From the NCBI GenBank assembly GCA_032718475.1, contig JAUCBJ010003887.1:1-64000 (forward strand): a stretch of DNA of 64,000 nt, in the 5' to 3' direction. Made by a program: the position numbers and the translations under genes. This stretch comes from Nemertoderma westbladi (lineage: Eukaryota; Animalia; Xenacoelomorpha). Position 1 is the stretch's first letter. Each line of letters starts with the position of its first letter. This document shows positions 1-12,401 of this stretch, in pieces. The notes below the pieces were generated by a model that did no database searches, was not told the DNA's origin, and was given only the letters and a program-made list of their open reading frames with translations.

Positions 1-1974
1 GTGTTGATAAATCTTTAGCACCACCTTCAACTCTATCAGCTGTATTCTGTATGCCTCCCTCAAGGTCAACGTCAACAGTTTTCGACAAAATTTGTTTATT
101 TTCACCAACTACTGGTAAAGGAATTGTCACATCATCACCATTATTATCTAGATTAATAACAGCATTTGTTAGTTTCTTCACTCTTTCACTCTCATCCATT
201 TTATTATTATTACAATAATCTTCATCACAGCAACTTTCATCATCATTGATAGGTTCTGACTTTCTAATATGAATTCTGTGAACTCTAATAACGTTTACAC
301 CATGTTTAACGAGAATTGTAGGTCCATCTCGACCTATTACAATGCCTGGCCCCTTCCAACCTCGCTTTTCTTTTGAAACATTGTCTCTCCAGTAATAAAC
401 AATTTGTCCAGATGATACATTCTCACTCGGAGTGGTGACCTTATGAGTTAAAGCAGTTTTCAGTCTTCGACTTGCCTCAGAAGAAATATAAGCCTTGCGA
501 GTGGTAAACAGAACATTCATTTGGTCACGAATAGGATCATCCCAATCACACTTATCGGATGCTTGCACTTGAAACAAATCATCTTCTTCTAACAAAGGTA
601 CTCTAGGATTTCTACCAAAGACTCTTTGACTAGGCGAGAAACCATCACTATCATATAAACAGTTCTTAGCATATATCGAATAATCTAAAGCCAAACTTAC
701 TGAAATGGTTTTATCAGAAAGAACTGTTTTAGTTAAGGTTTCCTTTAGCAATCCATTATGCCTCTCGCAAATTCCGTTACTAAACGGAGAATAAGCAGCA
801 GTAGAAACATCTTTACAATTGAATTTTTGTTCAAGTCTGAGAATAACATATGCTGTAAATTCACCACCATTATCATGGAAAAAACGCATTGGCGGACCAA
901 ATACACTCACCCACCGCTTACAGATTCCTGCAATAATACTCTCGGGATTCTTATCCTTAACAAACTGAGCAACTGAATATCTTGTAGCTATGTCTATAAT
1001 ATGCAAAAGTTTATATTTCTGACAGTCGTTTGGGTTAATCCAATCAGTTAAATCCATTGCTATGCAGCTGTTAAAAACCTCAGCTAATGGCAAACACGTT
1101 TTTGGCTTAGGTGCTGGGTGTTTTTGAGAAGCACAAATAGCACATCTATCACAAATCCTGTCAATAGCCTTATTTAATCCTGTAATGTTTTCTACTTTTA
1201 GTCCCTCACAATTTCTTACCAAACGCTGCAGCCTCTCTGCAGATGCATGGCTAAACTGAAGATGCAATTTTCTTGCAATCGATTCATTATCTTTTGATAA
1301 TATACCTTCACCCCCCGACTCAGAAACCAAAATTTCAATAATACCATTTTCTTTGTTAACTGGACCATTACTAACATGATTCCCATTTTTCTCACAATTT
1401 AAAATTGGTACTACTAAATGACCTTGTGAGGTTGACCCTAGATTCCTCCACTCATTTTGTATGAAAGCCTTTTTCAATTTAAAATCCAGTACTAATTCTA
1501 ATGACTCACAGCTTTTCCGACTCAGAAGTAATGGGAGTAAACCAGGTACCACATCAATATGAAGATTAAATCTTTTTCCATAGAGATATATAGGTAACCT
1601 CGAGGAAAATACTGCATTTCGTATCCCTCCATGACCGAATTTATATACAGATGTTGTTTTGGATTCCTCAGGAACCAGTCCGAATTTGTTGAATAATATA
1701 GATCGAAATTTATTGTACCATATTGTACCACAAACAGATTTTGTTGCTGCTGAATCAATAATTGCCCAGCACTCTGAATCACAATCCATTCCGCCAATCA
1801 TAGCAAAGGCGCTCTCAATATGATATATGTCTTCAGCAATTTCATTTCTTTCTTTTCTATTCATTGAATCTGCAGAGTTATTGCCATTTCCAGTACTAAT
1901 GTTTACATATTCATTACGGTATTTGGAGTTGCAGTTCTTGATTAAATGGTAAATACTTCCGCAACTCAAACACT

Positions 1975-2823
1975 TCATAGTTCATTTGACCTTTTATCTA
2001 TGGGGTTCGGTTCCCTAATGTAATTTAAAGAAGCATTACCCCGAGAATAGCGTTGATATGGAACTCTCGAGCGGCCTACGAAATAATTCCTCTGTAATCG
2101 CTTTGACCTACCGGTACCTTGATCGGAAATAAATGCTGATTCAAAAACTTGAGCTCTATCTTGTTCTGTTAATCCATGAAACCATTTTTGATATTCAGAA
2201 ACATCAAATTCATTATCACTTACAACTTCAGTCTCGTTGTCCTCAAAACAAGCTGTTTGTAGTACATCCTCTTCGTCTTTGCCTTTAATCGAATTTGTTA
2301 ACCGTCTTAGTGCAGATTCCACATGATTTGGACTTACTTTAGCACCATGGGCAGCACTCATTGCAACTGACAAAACTAACAGCCTTTGTTCTTTTCCCAA
2401 ACCCGCACTATCAAGCAACATGTAGGCAAAAGTGGTTTCACTTACCTCTACATCAAATTCCTTTGCTTCCTTTCTTAGCCTAGAAAACTGACTGCAATAT
2501 CCCTGGAAATTTATGTCAGTTGTTTTGGCGAATGATTTTAATTTTATCCATGCCTCATACCCCTGTGTTTGTTCGTCTTTAAGGTACAGTTTATCCAATT
2601 CTTTCACAATTGCCTCAAGGCCTACCTCAGAATCTAATTCTGCATCATCTATTGCCACACATGCAGATCGTGCCTCTCCATCCGGGAATGACAGAATAAC
2701 CTCATAGGCCTGATTTTTCTTTTTAACAGTTGTTACTCTAGACCACATCCTAACAAGTTTGACCCATTCTTTATAGTCTTTCTCTAGTTTAGGCGGCTTA
2801 CGCCGACATTCGCCTTCATACAT
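1975..2823 (-). CDS. Gag of the GalEa-like Copia element (stop just before the knuckle; probably pseudogenised)
   Basis: 282-aa ORF with PPKLEKDYKEW..W..VT N-terminus, located just downstream of the PBS. Confidence 0.75.
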   Translation of the reverse strand: MYEGECRRKPPKLEKDYKEWVKLVRMWSRVTTVKKKNQAYEVILSFPDGEARSACVAIDDAELDSEVGLEAIVKELDKLYLKDEQTQGYEAWIKLKSFAKTTDINFQGYCSQFSRLRKEAKEFDVEVSETTFAYMLLDSAGLGKEQRLLVLSVAMSAAHGAKVSPNHVESALRRLTNSIKGKDEEDVLQTACFEDNETEVVSDNEFDVSEYQKWFHGLTEQDRAQVFESAFISDQGTGRSKRLQRNYFVGRSRVPYQRYSRGNASLNYIREPNPIDKRSNEL

Positions 2824-3220
2824 ACCGGTATCGCAGTTTGAGTAGGCCTAAGCCTGTAGGCTGATTCTGCTAGGCCTAGTCCAATAGAACTTTATTGTTA
2901 AACACGCAGCCGTATGCCTATTATAAATAAATTCAATAGCCTTACACTGCTACAGTGGTGGGCTAGCAGCTAGATAAATTTAATTATTACCATAGAACTT
3001 TCATTCGGATCTGTCAATCCGTGGATAAGCCGCCTACCGCAGTCTGAACATTTCAGCATTTACTGATTTACTGTATACGGCCGTGTACTACCGGTACTGT
3101 GTATCTAGGTATCAGGTACCTACCGGCCACACGGTATCCAAATCTAGTCCTTGATCCACAATACACCAATTAATTCTGCAATTCAGGAATTAATTTACAA
3201 CATACATACGATGACAAAAC

Positions 3221-3232
3221 GCTCTGCTACCA
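3221..3232 (-). promoter_or_regulatory. tRNA-iMet primer-binding site
   Basis: Minus strand TGGTAGCAGAGC, 1 nt from the LTR end ...TTTGACA. Confidence 0.9.
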
Positions 3233-3233
3233 T

Positions 3234-3414
3234 TGTCAAAATAACTAATTCCAACTCTTTACTAATAACTTCTGACTGTATAACAGTATACTCCAGCAAT
3301 ATGACCGAATACAAACCACACACAAAAGACCGAATAACCGTACCGGTACGGACAACCTCCACCAATATATCACACACAGAATATATATTAGGCCATGCCT
3401 TATAACCTTTGACA
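3234..3414 (-). repeat. 5' LTR of the Copia element (181 bp)
   Basis: TGTCAAA...TTTGACA inverted termini next to the PBS; BEL gag-like coding sequence resumes at 3415. Confidence 0.8.
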
Positions 3415-5588
3415 CAACTCAAGTCACAACTGGAAGAAGAAAGCGCAGAAAAACTCGCAAGGGAAGAAGAACAACATAAGTTGGTGCAATGGGAAAGTGC
3501 GAGACTAAATCTAGAAAGCTAAGAACTAACAAGGAAGGTGAATGAAATTGCCGAAAAGGGGATGCGAATGATCGAAGAATGTGGGGCAAGTGTAGGCACT
3601 GAGTTGCGAGACCTGTTTACACAACAGAAGACTGAACAAGAGGTGAGAACGCCATTTATACGTGAGTCAACGGCGACCAGAATTCCTATACCCGGTCCAA
3701 CTATTACGAGTACTCAGATCGCTAAACCTTTTTCTGCATATCGCACACCAGTTGGAATCAGTGTTTCACCAATCGCGCAGGATCCGCGCCATCAGGAGGG
3801 CGCGCCACGGCATAATTATTCTTGCGACGAAGAGGAGTTTATAGATGAAACTCCTAGAGGACGAATATTGGGCGAACCAAAAGCGGGTTTGGAATACGCG
3901 GATGGATTGTTGACCCAGTTCGACGGAGAACTTCCAGGTTAAACCGGAAGAAGGATAATATGAGAGACAGCGGATTACCCAAATAGAGCCGATGGCTCAG
4001 CAGAACCCTAGGCAGGAATTTATTACGAGGGAGGAGTTAAGCGCCAGTCTAGCGTAAGCTATATTGCCGCACATCCAACCTATAACGGACATGCTTAGTA
4101 ACTTACAGTTAAAGGAAGCAGCTCAGGTAAGAAGTAATTCTAATCCTAGCAGGCAAGAACTAGACAGAGTCCAACCTGGCCAACGAGTACACACATCGGA
4201 GGCGACAATACCTCAAAGACCTCAGGTAAGAACGCCCGTCCCTACGATCCATAATCCCGATTTTGAACACTCGGCAGAAAGATTTTTACAAGAGGCTTGG
4301 GTCAGGGCCTTGGTGCATAAACCAATGCGAGCGCCGAGAACCGACACAGACTCGAGTGATGACGAGGAAGAATTGAGACGTCAGAAGTCCCAAAACCGGA
4401 AGGAAAGAAGGACAGACGCGGAGCAGGTAAGTATGAATCCCCGGGAAAGGATCAGACTTAATAATCCTGCAGAACTAAACAACTTATTAACCCGGAATGG
4501 CGCCATCCTTAGAGACATAAGTAAGTTTGCTGCTAGGCAGGGATTGCCGGTGCAGCAACCCCACAAGTTTATGGGTAACCACAAACATTGGAGGACATTT
4601 AAAACCTATGTCGAAGAACAACTGACCAACAGCACTTTTACTCCCAATGAGAAATTCAACTATCTACTACAGATGCTCCATCGAGAACCTAGAGCCATTG
4701 CTGATAACTTTGTCGCAATGAAAGATCGTTTGAACTAGCTATGAAAACACTTAGTGACATCTACGGGAATAAAACCAAGATGGCACAGTCGATAGTGGAA
4801 GACTTGGGTAAGGGTGGAATGATTACGACGCCGTTGGAGCTGTTGAATTCAGCGAACGCCATCTCGAACGCATTAGATATCTTAAGGGCGGTAAATCTGC
4901 CTCATCATGGTGATCATGCCGAAGTTTTAAAGAGCATAATAAGACATTTGAACATGCGTTACCGACAGAAATGGACAAAACTGGGAAATAAACTGGAGGG
5001 TCAAGACAAAGTGTTGACGCTTCAACATATCCATGATATGATAGCCACAGATGCGGTAGCAGAGATGAAATCAAATTTCTCAGAGGAGAATATGAGGGAG
5101 TTTAAACCTTTTAACGGTAAGTCAATGGTAAGTTTTGACAATGGCAGAACCATTGTGACTTTTAACTCAGTAGACAAATACAACCCGAGTATCCCTGCCT
5201 TTAGACCAGACTCGCGAGTATGGTCAGGTGAGAGGTCTGAGCAACCCAAAGTGAAGCAAAAGGAGTTGCCGGATGGATTAGGTTGCGAATTTATTATTAG
5301 TAGGTTTGCGAATTCATTATTTGTAGGTTGCGAATTCTGCTCTACTAAAGGAGGTAAGATCAGACGACCATAAGTTGGACAGTTGCAGACGGTTCAAAGA
5401 ATTAACTTTGAAACAGAGAAGGGTTCAAGTGCGGACGTTGGAAACCTGTTGGGCATGTCTTGTTCCAGGTCACGTACGGCGCCAGTGCCTGAACAGTAAG
5501 GACGGATGCATGGAGTGCAGCAGACTACACCACAAGTTGCTACATGCGGACTTCCATACCCCAACGGACTGTTATCTACAGAGAAATC
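3415..5588 (+). pseudogene. gag of BEL element A (several stops and frameshifts)
   Basis: Coiled-coil N-terminus, PHKFMGNHKHWRTF..EKFNYLLQML capsid-like region, knuckles CWACLVPGHVRRQC and CMECSRLHHKLLH; homologous to gag of B (KFAARHGLPAQQPPKF). Confidence 0.85.
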
Positions 5589-6821
5589 TGTACGCGCTTT
5601 TGAAGACCTTTAGCAGTTTAACCTGCCAAAATTTATATGTCTTTTGGTTTATAAATAGACTTTAGAAGATGACAAATATTTAATACCAATAAACACAACA
5701 TTAGCAGAAGCCAGCCTAGTGCGCGTCCATTCACCCGCTGGATATTCCCGGGAGACTGGATTCTGAGGGCTTAGATTATTATTGCAGTGTAAGCTTACTG
5801 TATTATTCGATTGATCGTTAATAAATAATTTCTTACGAATATTATTCACTTTCGGGAAATATTAGCAGTTCCTTTAGGACGTGGCGCTCTATCTATTTAA
5901 ACAGAGCTATGACTTATACTAATCACAACGGTAAGTCGGTAAGGCTTATGATTCACGTATGAGGCGCATTCTTTAGGAAATGCTTAGTTATCAGTCACAA
6001 TCATGCACACTACCGGTAACACACAATACTGCTCACTGATTTGCCGACCGTCAATGAATTTAATCATATATAAAGAGAACAGCAACGGATTCATGTAGTG
6101 CTTATCAAATAGCATTAAATTCACTACAAACCACAATAATATAAGTCGCAATCGCTATATATAACCCGTCTCTCTAACCTGTAGTGTATCAAGAAAATTG
6201 GGAAATTTGAGTTCTTTATAAATGTTCTCCAAATAATATTCAACCAAACAACAGCAAACCATTAAGACGGTAGGTTAAGATATGATATGACAATGTACTG
6301 ATATGGACCGATAACAGTTATACGCTCTATAATCTTAAGCCTACTAATGTTTCTTCTAAAGTCTGAAACGAATTGACTCTAGAGCCGGTGTTCCTGGCCT
6401 AGATAGAAACAACACAACAGTATCACAAAAACAGTAAGACTGAACACTCCTAGTATGATCGACCGAATATCTACACGTCGACAGAAAAAATCGCTCTGAT
6501 TGGCTCAAGCCAAACAAAGAACCATGCGTCCAATGGCTGTTTCCATGCCAGCAACCAGCTGCGAGATGTCGCAATCTGAATCATCAAGGCCAAGCCGTGT
6601 AAAGGTATTTGGTGTATTGCAGGTTTTTTGCCTTACCATGTCCGCCAAAGCACGTATATAGAAGAATGACTTTTATGTCCGTTAAAACACCTGTAACAGT
6701 ACCTTGCGGGCGAGGGGAATATATATACAGTTAGAGAACCTTTTTAGAGTATTCCAGCGCCTGGGGGGAAACTGGATTGCGAAGCAAAAGGGGCCAGTTA
6801 TATCCCACAGAAGCTTATACA
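5589..6821 (-). repeat. LTR of BEL element C, left copy (1233 bp)
   Basis: TGTA...TACA termini, flanked by AAATC at 5584-5588 and 6822-6826; near-identical to 17830-19062. Confidence 0.9.
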
Positions 6822-8756
6822 AAATCCTCAAAGGTAGGGAAGCAGAGATCCCATAACGATAAGGAAGTGTATGTACACCAGCATCCAAGACGACCAGGTT
6901 CAACCAGGTTTGTCGGACGAGGACGGTGAAGCGAGTGTGAGGGAGGTGACTTGCCAGGGATTCACCACTGATAGTTTATTGACCAGCGCGAGGACGTATC
7001 TATCATCGGCCACGTCAGAAATATTCAGCGTGATACCGGTAAAACTTACTGGAGACAAGGGATCAAAGAGAACATATGTGATGTTGGACACTGCGTCTAC
7101 ATTATCATATGTAGACGAGGAAGTAGCAAGAGCCGTTTCCAGCTTCCGGGATGCCGAGGAAATCAAAATAGAGTTAAAATCTATGCATGGGGTAGGAGAC
7201 GTTAAGGGACATAAAATTTATGTAGAACTACATCCTGAGAGAAGAGCACACTCGCCAAGAGCAGAGAACGTTGCCATTGGATGGATTTAAGTGTCTAGCT
7301 ATGAAGGGGTTAGGCAGGCAGTTAGGTAAGGTGCCACTGATGAGTCCCATAGCACAGGAGTATTTTGACAAGCTCAGAATACCGAGACAGCAGGTAGGTT
7401 ATAGGAATGTGTCTATGTTAATTGGAGCAGAACAGCTGATCACGCACCAAATATGGGAAACGAGACCAGCTGAGCCATATGTAAATAGGCCACACACCCA
7501 TAGGACTATATTAGGTTGGTATACACGAGTACCCATGTCCTATGAGTTTTCAGGTGGCGACAAGCCAAAGGATGGACACGACGAATTACAACCTATAACA
7601 CAACAACTGTTAGTAGAACCACCAGACGTAGACGAGTTTAGGAGAACCTGTATTGACCACTATAGCGACTTTAGCAAGTCGGACAAGGATTTGATTCCCA
7701 ACAATGTTACGTTGTCGGAACCACTCTATAATGACCGGACAGATAGTGAGCCCGAGGACTACTGTTATCTGACCCATGGGTCTGGTTTAGTGGCCCACGC
7801 CACTTATTATAGTAACGTTTTGACTTATACCAATATAGTGGAGGGTCAGGTGGCAAAGTATCGAGACCTCGACACTTTCCAATTCAGTGAAGAGGAGTTA
7901 CAAAAGGAATTGATACGCCAGGAACTCGAGACAGGAGCTAGAACCATCAAATGGCTGGATAGGGACGCGATGGAACCCAGTGGATACAATCTAACCATGT
8001 CCACCGACGAGAAGCGATCGCTAGAAATGATGGAAGAAACCATACATCTGTTACCAACAGGACACTTTGAAGTTGGAATGTTGTGGCATCAACAACCTCC
8101 TAAGTTTGCGTTTACTTGCGACATCGAGGCAATGTTTCACCAGGTAAAAGCCTGTAAGGCAGACCAGGATAGTCTCCGATTTCTCTGGTACGAGAATGAA
8201 GAACTATCCAGCCCAGTGGTTACATACCAGATGTATGTCAGGATATTCGGCGCCCGCAACAGTCCCAACGGCATGCTGTTTGTCTTAAAGAAAATAGTGA
8301 CAGCCCAGATTGGTAAGTATCCAGTAGATGTAATCGAGTCCATCCTAAGGAACTTCTACATGGATGACGGATTGGTGTCCAAGGACACAGTGGAACAAGC
8401 CATAGAAGTGGCTCACGGTCTACAGGAGTGCTTGGCTATGGGAGGTTTCCCACTGACCAAGTTCACCACTAATTCAGAGGCCTTATTAGAGTCGTTCCCA
8501 GTAAAGGATCGTGCGAGCAGAGACATTGAGTTGAGTGTAGAACCCATCCCCATGGCGCAAGTACTGGTTGGTTGGAATCCAAATACGGATAAATTCCAGG
8601 TGAGAGTTAGGTTTGAACCCAGTAGCCCAGACAAGACTTTGACCAAGAGAATCTGCTTATCGACCATGAGTAGACTATTTGACCAGATGAACTTTATCAG
8701 TCCGGTAATATTACAGGCTCGCATATGTATGAGGAAAAGGAAAATCTGGCTGTCTG
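6822..8756 (+). pseudogene. Duplicated protease/RT segment of element A
   Basis: YVMLDTASTLSYV protease, FTCDIEAMFHQV and FYMDD RT motifs; matches 19063-20997. Confidence 0.9.
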
Positions 8757-9103
8757 TGTAAGGTCCAGTAGTATACCGCTTACCAAATCCTAGTAACGAT
8801 TGTATCTTACCGTAAGATCTAGTAATGTATACGGGCTCGTACAGTATCTGACAACAAATCCCAGTCCAGGATATCTAAACAAACAGATACAATACACAAA
8901 CGACTACTGGCGAGGAACAGAGCCTAGTGTATATTCTATGTACGTGAGCGGGTCTAATGCCTACGAACTAGACGAAAGGATACCTGTCCTCTAACCGGTG
9001 AGGCAGATGTACAGTTACAGTAACAGACCAAACTCACGGGAAAACAATCCCCGCGCAGCGAATCCTAACTATCGCTGACAGTCCTAAATACCGTAACTTG
9101 CCG
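8757..9103 (-). repeat. Truncated copy of the B LTR terminus
   Basis: TGTAAGGTCCAG... matches 20998 and 38015; breaks off at 9103. Confidence 0.9.
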
Positions 9104-9171
9104 TGTACGTGAGAATTAACGTAAAATTACGTAAAATGTACGTGAGCGGGTCTAATGCCTACGAATTATTA

Positions 9172-9800
9172 AATCAGCAATACGCGCAATAAATTTCCAT
9201 CGCCGGTTGTTCGTGGAAATAGGAACAGCGGACGTTTGTGTCCATGGGCGTAACATGGTCTCTCGATGCGCATAACCGACAACGTTGCCGAGAAACATAG
9301 TTGGCATGGCGATAATCGTACGCAGTGAGACACTGTGGACCTTGATACCATTCTAGGATGTAATCGTTGTCGCTGTTCTGAGCGCGATAGGCTGGATCTC
9401 CTCAGATTCTAGGCATATTGGTTCGTCTTCCCAGTCTGTTACGAATAGAATTTTCGTGATCTATTCTCGGTTTATCGTTACGACGCCGCTGGGTATGATA
9501 TTTAAATAGAACCATTTCCCTTTCGGTGTCTACATCGTCCGTATCATGTAAATCGATAGGATGGCCGGTAGTTAGGAGGTCCATATACGTATTATTACGA
9601 TGCGTATAGCGAGCGGTGAATTTTCGATAGTCCAATTCACGCGTAAGTTGCTCTTGGGACATCGGCGGTTCGATATAACGACCATCGTCCTCCGTAATGG
9701 TTGGATCGGTTTCACCGCGTATCAAGCTATCCACAAATGCTTGTAAAGGTAGAGTATATCGCTCCCTGATACCAAGATCATCTTCTATCAACTCCGTCAT
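9172..9800 (-). pseudogene. Accessory ORF remnant of element C with zinc-knuckle-like motifs
   Basis: The 132-aa ORF continues in frame past TGA (9402) into ..RQRCRLCASRDHVTPMDTNVRC..EIYCAYC and ends at the rearrangement junction. Confidence 0.6.
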
Positions 9801-11639
9801 ATCTGCTATCTGAGTTTATTAATATCGAAATGAGTTTATGTTTAGGCGAGCGGACGACGCTACCTACCTCTCTTTGCCCCCGGACAGTGGGATTCTCAGC
9901 GCCGATGTACCGTCGTCGCGGTGTTTACGCCAACATGTAGCAACATCACGACAACGATAACCGGCACAAGTCACTCCACTGTCCGTCCCAAAGGCTTGAA
10001 TCCACTGTAGGTTCTTTCTATAGGAGAGTTGGGTTACTTTCACAATTGCGACTAGCTACTGTAAACACACCTTAGCAGTAACATTCACCTACAAACGCAC
10101 AAATTCTACACAACTGTCACCAATTGTACATATACGGGCCATTTGTCCGTTAGTCAGTGCCTTCCAGAATGTCACGTTATTACTGTGTATCTTTGGATAC
10201 TAACAGTGTGTTATGTATTCTCTATGCTATGCAATGGGACAAGCTTTCTATTGTTCTTTTTAACTTGCTTCTAACTCTAGCGTGGGTGTTGCTATGGTGA
10301 CATTATGGAATGCTAGCGGTAGAATTAGGGTAATTCTCATGCATACAGATCTGGGATGCTATTTAATAATAATTCTATAATTGTCAATATCCTCTTTATG
10401 CATGATTTTATTAATTTTATCGGCTATTGACTATATGTTGGAGATTCTCGCACTCTAATACACTCAATAGGATAAATCTCCGCTCCCATGATCTATTAAT
10501 TAATGGAATTTTGGGAATGTTATAAATTGCGCAAAAATGACAATTTATGAAATTCATTTAAAAATATGAATTTAAATTTATTCCCGTGAATTTTATTATT
10601 TGATGTTAAGATTGACACAATTTTTATTCCAGAGCATGTCTGGGGACTGAGGATCCTTAATTCTAGAAAATTGCCTTTTAAGAGTATCGGTAAGTGCTGC
10701 GATATCTTAATTGACTAGAAATTTAAAGGATCTGAATTTTACAGATTTTACTAAATATTAAATTAATATTTAAGATGGGCACCGATTTATTCCCGAACTT
10801 GTCTGGGGACGTTAACCACTGATTCTAGAATTTGTCTTTCAAGTATATCGGTGGGTGCCGCGATATCTTAATCGACTAGAATTACAGATGGCCAAAAGGT
10901 TTAACAGATTTATTTGCGTTTTACGCTACTGTTATATGGACATCACGCTACTATATGTATTATTTAATATAAGGTAGAAGAGCAATATCGCACGAAGCAA
11001 TGTCAGTGTGAAGAGGCATGTCGTTTCCAAGGTCTACCCAGAGCTTGGTTTAGCCGAGACACGAGGATCTGAACTTTGCATTCCTAATACTCTGCCTACC
11101 AATAATACCTGAATATAGTAGTGGCTTTATTGTACTTTAATAAGTACGGACATTTCATCTTACTGTAGTGACGTATTTCTAATATGATACGGACAGTAAG
11201 GAAAGAGAAAAAATAATTATTTCTCGCCGTCGCACTAAATATATTATAAGTAATTACATACGTAGTAAACACTAATATATTGCACTAATCTACTAAATAA
11301 TCACTAAAATAACATTTTACTAAAATAAAATTAAAGGAAACGATTATAATAAAATTACATAATAATACATACATAAATATAAAATAAAAACAAATATAAA
11401 ATGATATAGTCACACGCCCACTCCATATGTTATTACGTTATGGAGTCCCTAGATATTTGTCGAATTAGGGAAGTGGTCGTAGGAAGAGTATCTTGCCTTC
11501 CATAGTTTCCGGACAGTTTTCGGTCTCTTTCCAGTAAACATAAACGACTAGCTGGGCGATTTAGTTGTTGTGTTACTTTCTCCGCTCCCTTGGCCTGTCT
11601 AATCTTCACCGGGGTAAGATGAGGAGGCCATTCTTCATC

Positions 11640-12392
11640 TTATTTACTTAAGAAGTCGGATCCACCTAACCAGCCTGGATTATCTATCAGTTCTTGAGGA
11701 GTTGCTCCTCTGGAAGCGATGTCGGCTGGATTAATCGTCCCAACGCAATGTCTCCATTGATCTACATTGGAGTTAATATCGTCATTATCTGAGGAGTATG
11801 GTGTTCCCTCAGTTGGATCGTCCACATCACTGCTCTCCACTTCCCATTCCTTTACTTGGTATACCTGTTGTTGAGGTAATCTCTCTTTGAGAGTTCTACG
11901 GGAAGGGCCAGTGAAGTACCAACCTACTCTAGTTCTTACCGCATAGGTTTGCAGTGGCTGCGGTTGAGCAGGCCGTTTCTCCAATGTCTCGAGCGCCTCA
12001 TGCGCGTTTTGGCCGATGAGTATTTGCACTCCAGGATAATCTGTCTGGAATCGAGGTATCTTAAGATGTTGGATGCTCTCATCCTCGTCCCAATTATAAA
12101 GGTCTGCTTGGGTAGTAGCGAAGTTCTTTATAGCCACCATTTTTACCGACCTTATCCTTTGTGCTCCTAATTTATCCTGGGGGGTGGACAACACACCTAC
12201 ATAGTAGTCTGCCGTTAGGGTAGATTTCCAAACCTGCATAATTCCTGACATATTCAATTTAGTCCGGAATTTGGGTTGTCCAGCAAAGATATCTTCGGCT
12301 AGTTCTTGATCGATGAATGTTCCTGTGCTGCCGGAGTCCAGGAGGGCGTTCACTATGTAACTTTTGTTAGGACCATGAACTCTTACCTGCAC
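11640..12392 (-). pseudogene. Aspartic protease of C fused to an RNase H C-terminal remnant
   Basis: VNALLDSGSTGTFI; in frame with gag after a single TAA; deletion junction near 11770. Confidence 0.85.
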
Positions 12393-12401
12393 TACAGGAA
12401 A

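Larger units (their letters stand above)
1..3414 (-). mobile_element. Ty1/Copia LTR retrotransposon, GalEa-like; 5' part only (RT and 3' LTR lie outside the window)
   Basis: Minus-strand order is LTR, PBS TGGTAGCAGAGC, gag, CCHC knuckle (KCLSCGSIYHLIKNC ~1935-1976), protease (AIIDSAATKSVCG ~1730-1770), then integrase (LHLQFSH..CAIC, FFHDNGGEF ~860-885, SPFSNGICERHNG). Integrase directly after protease is the Copia order. Frameshifts and stops are present. Confidence 0.85.
5589..9103. repeat. 3515-bp direct duplication, copy 1 (copy 2 is 17830-21344)
   Basis: Offset 12241; about 10 substitutions by eye; contains C LTR, A protease/RT and the first 347 bp of the B LTR. Confidence 0.95.

Noticed and set aside
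5649-6903. Short ORFs inside C LTRs, B LTRs and the 52.6-56.2 kb repeats
   Set aside because: 60-90 aa with no motifs; they recur only because the DNA is repeated
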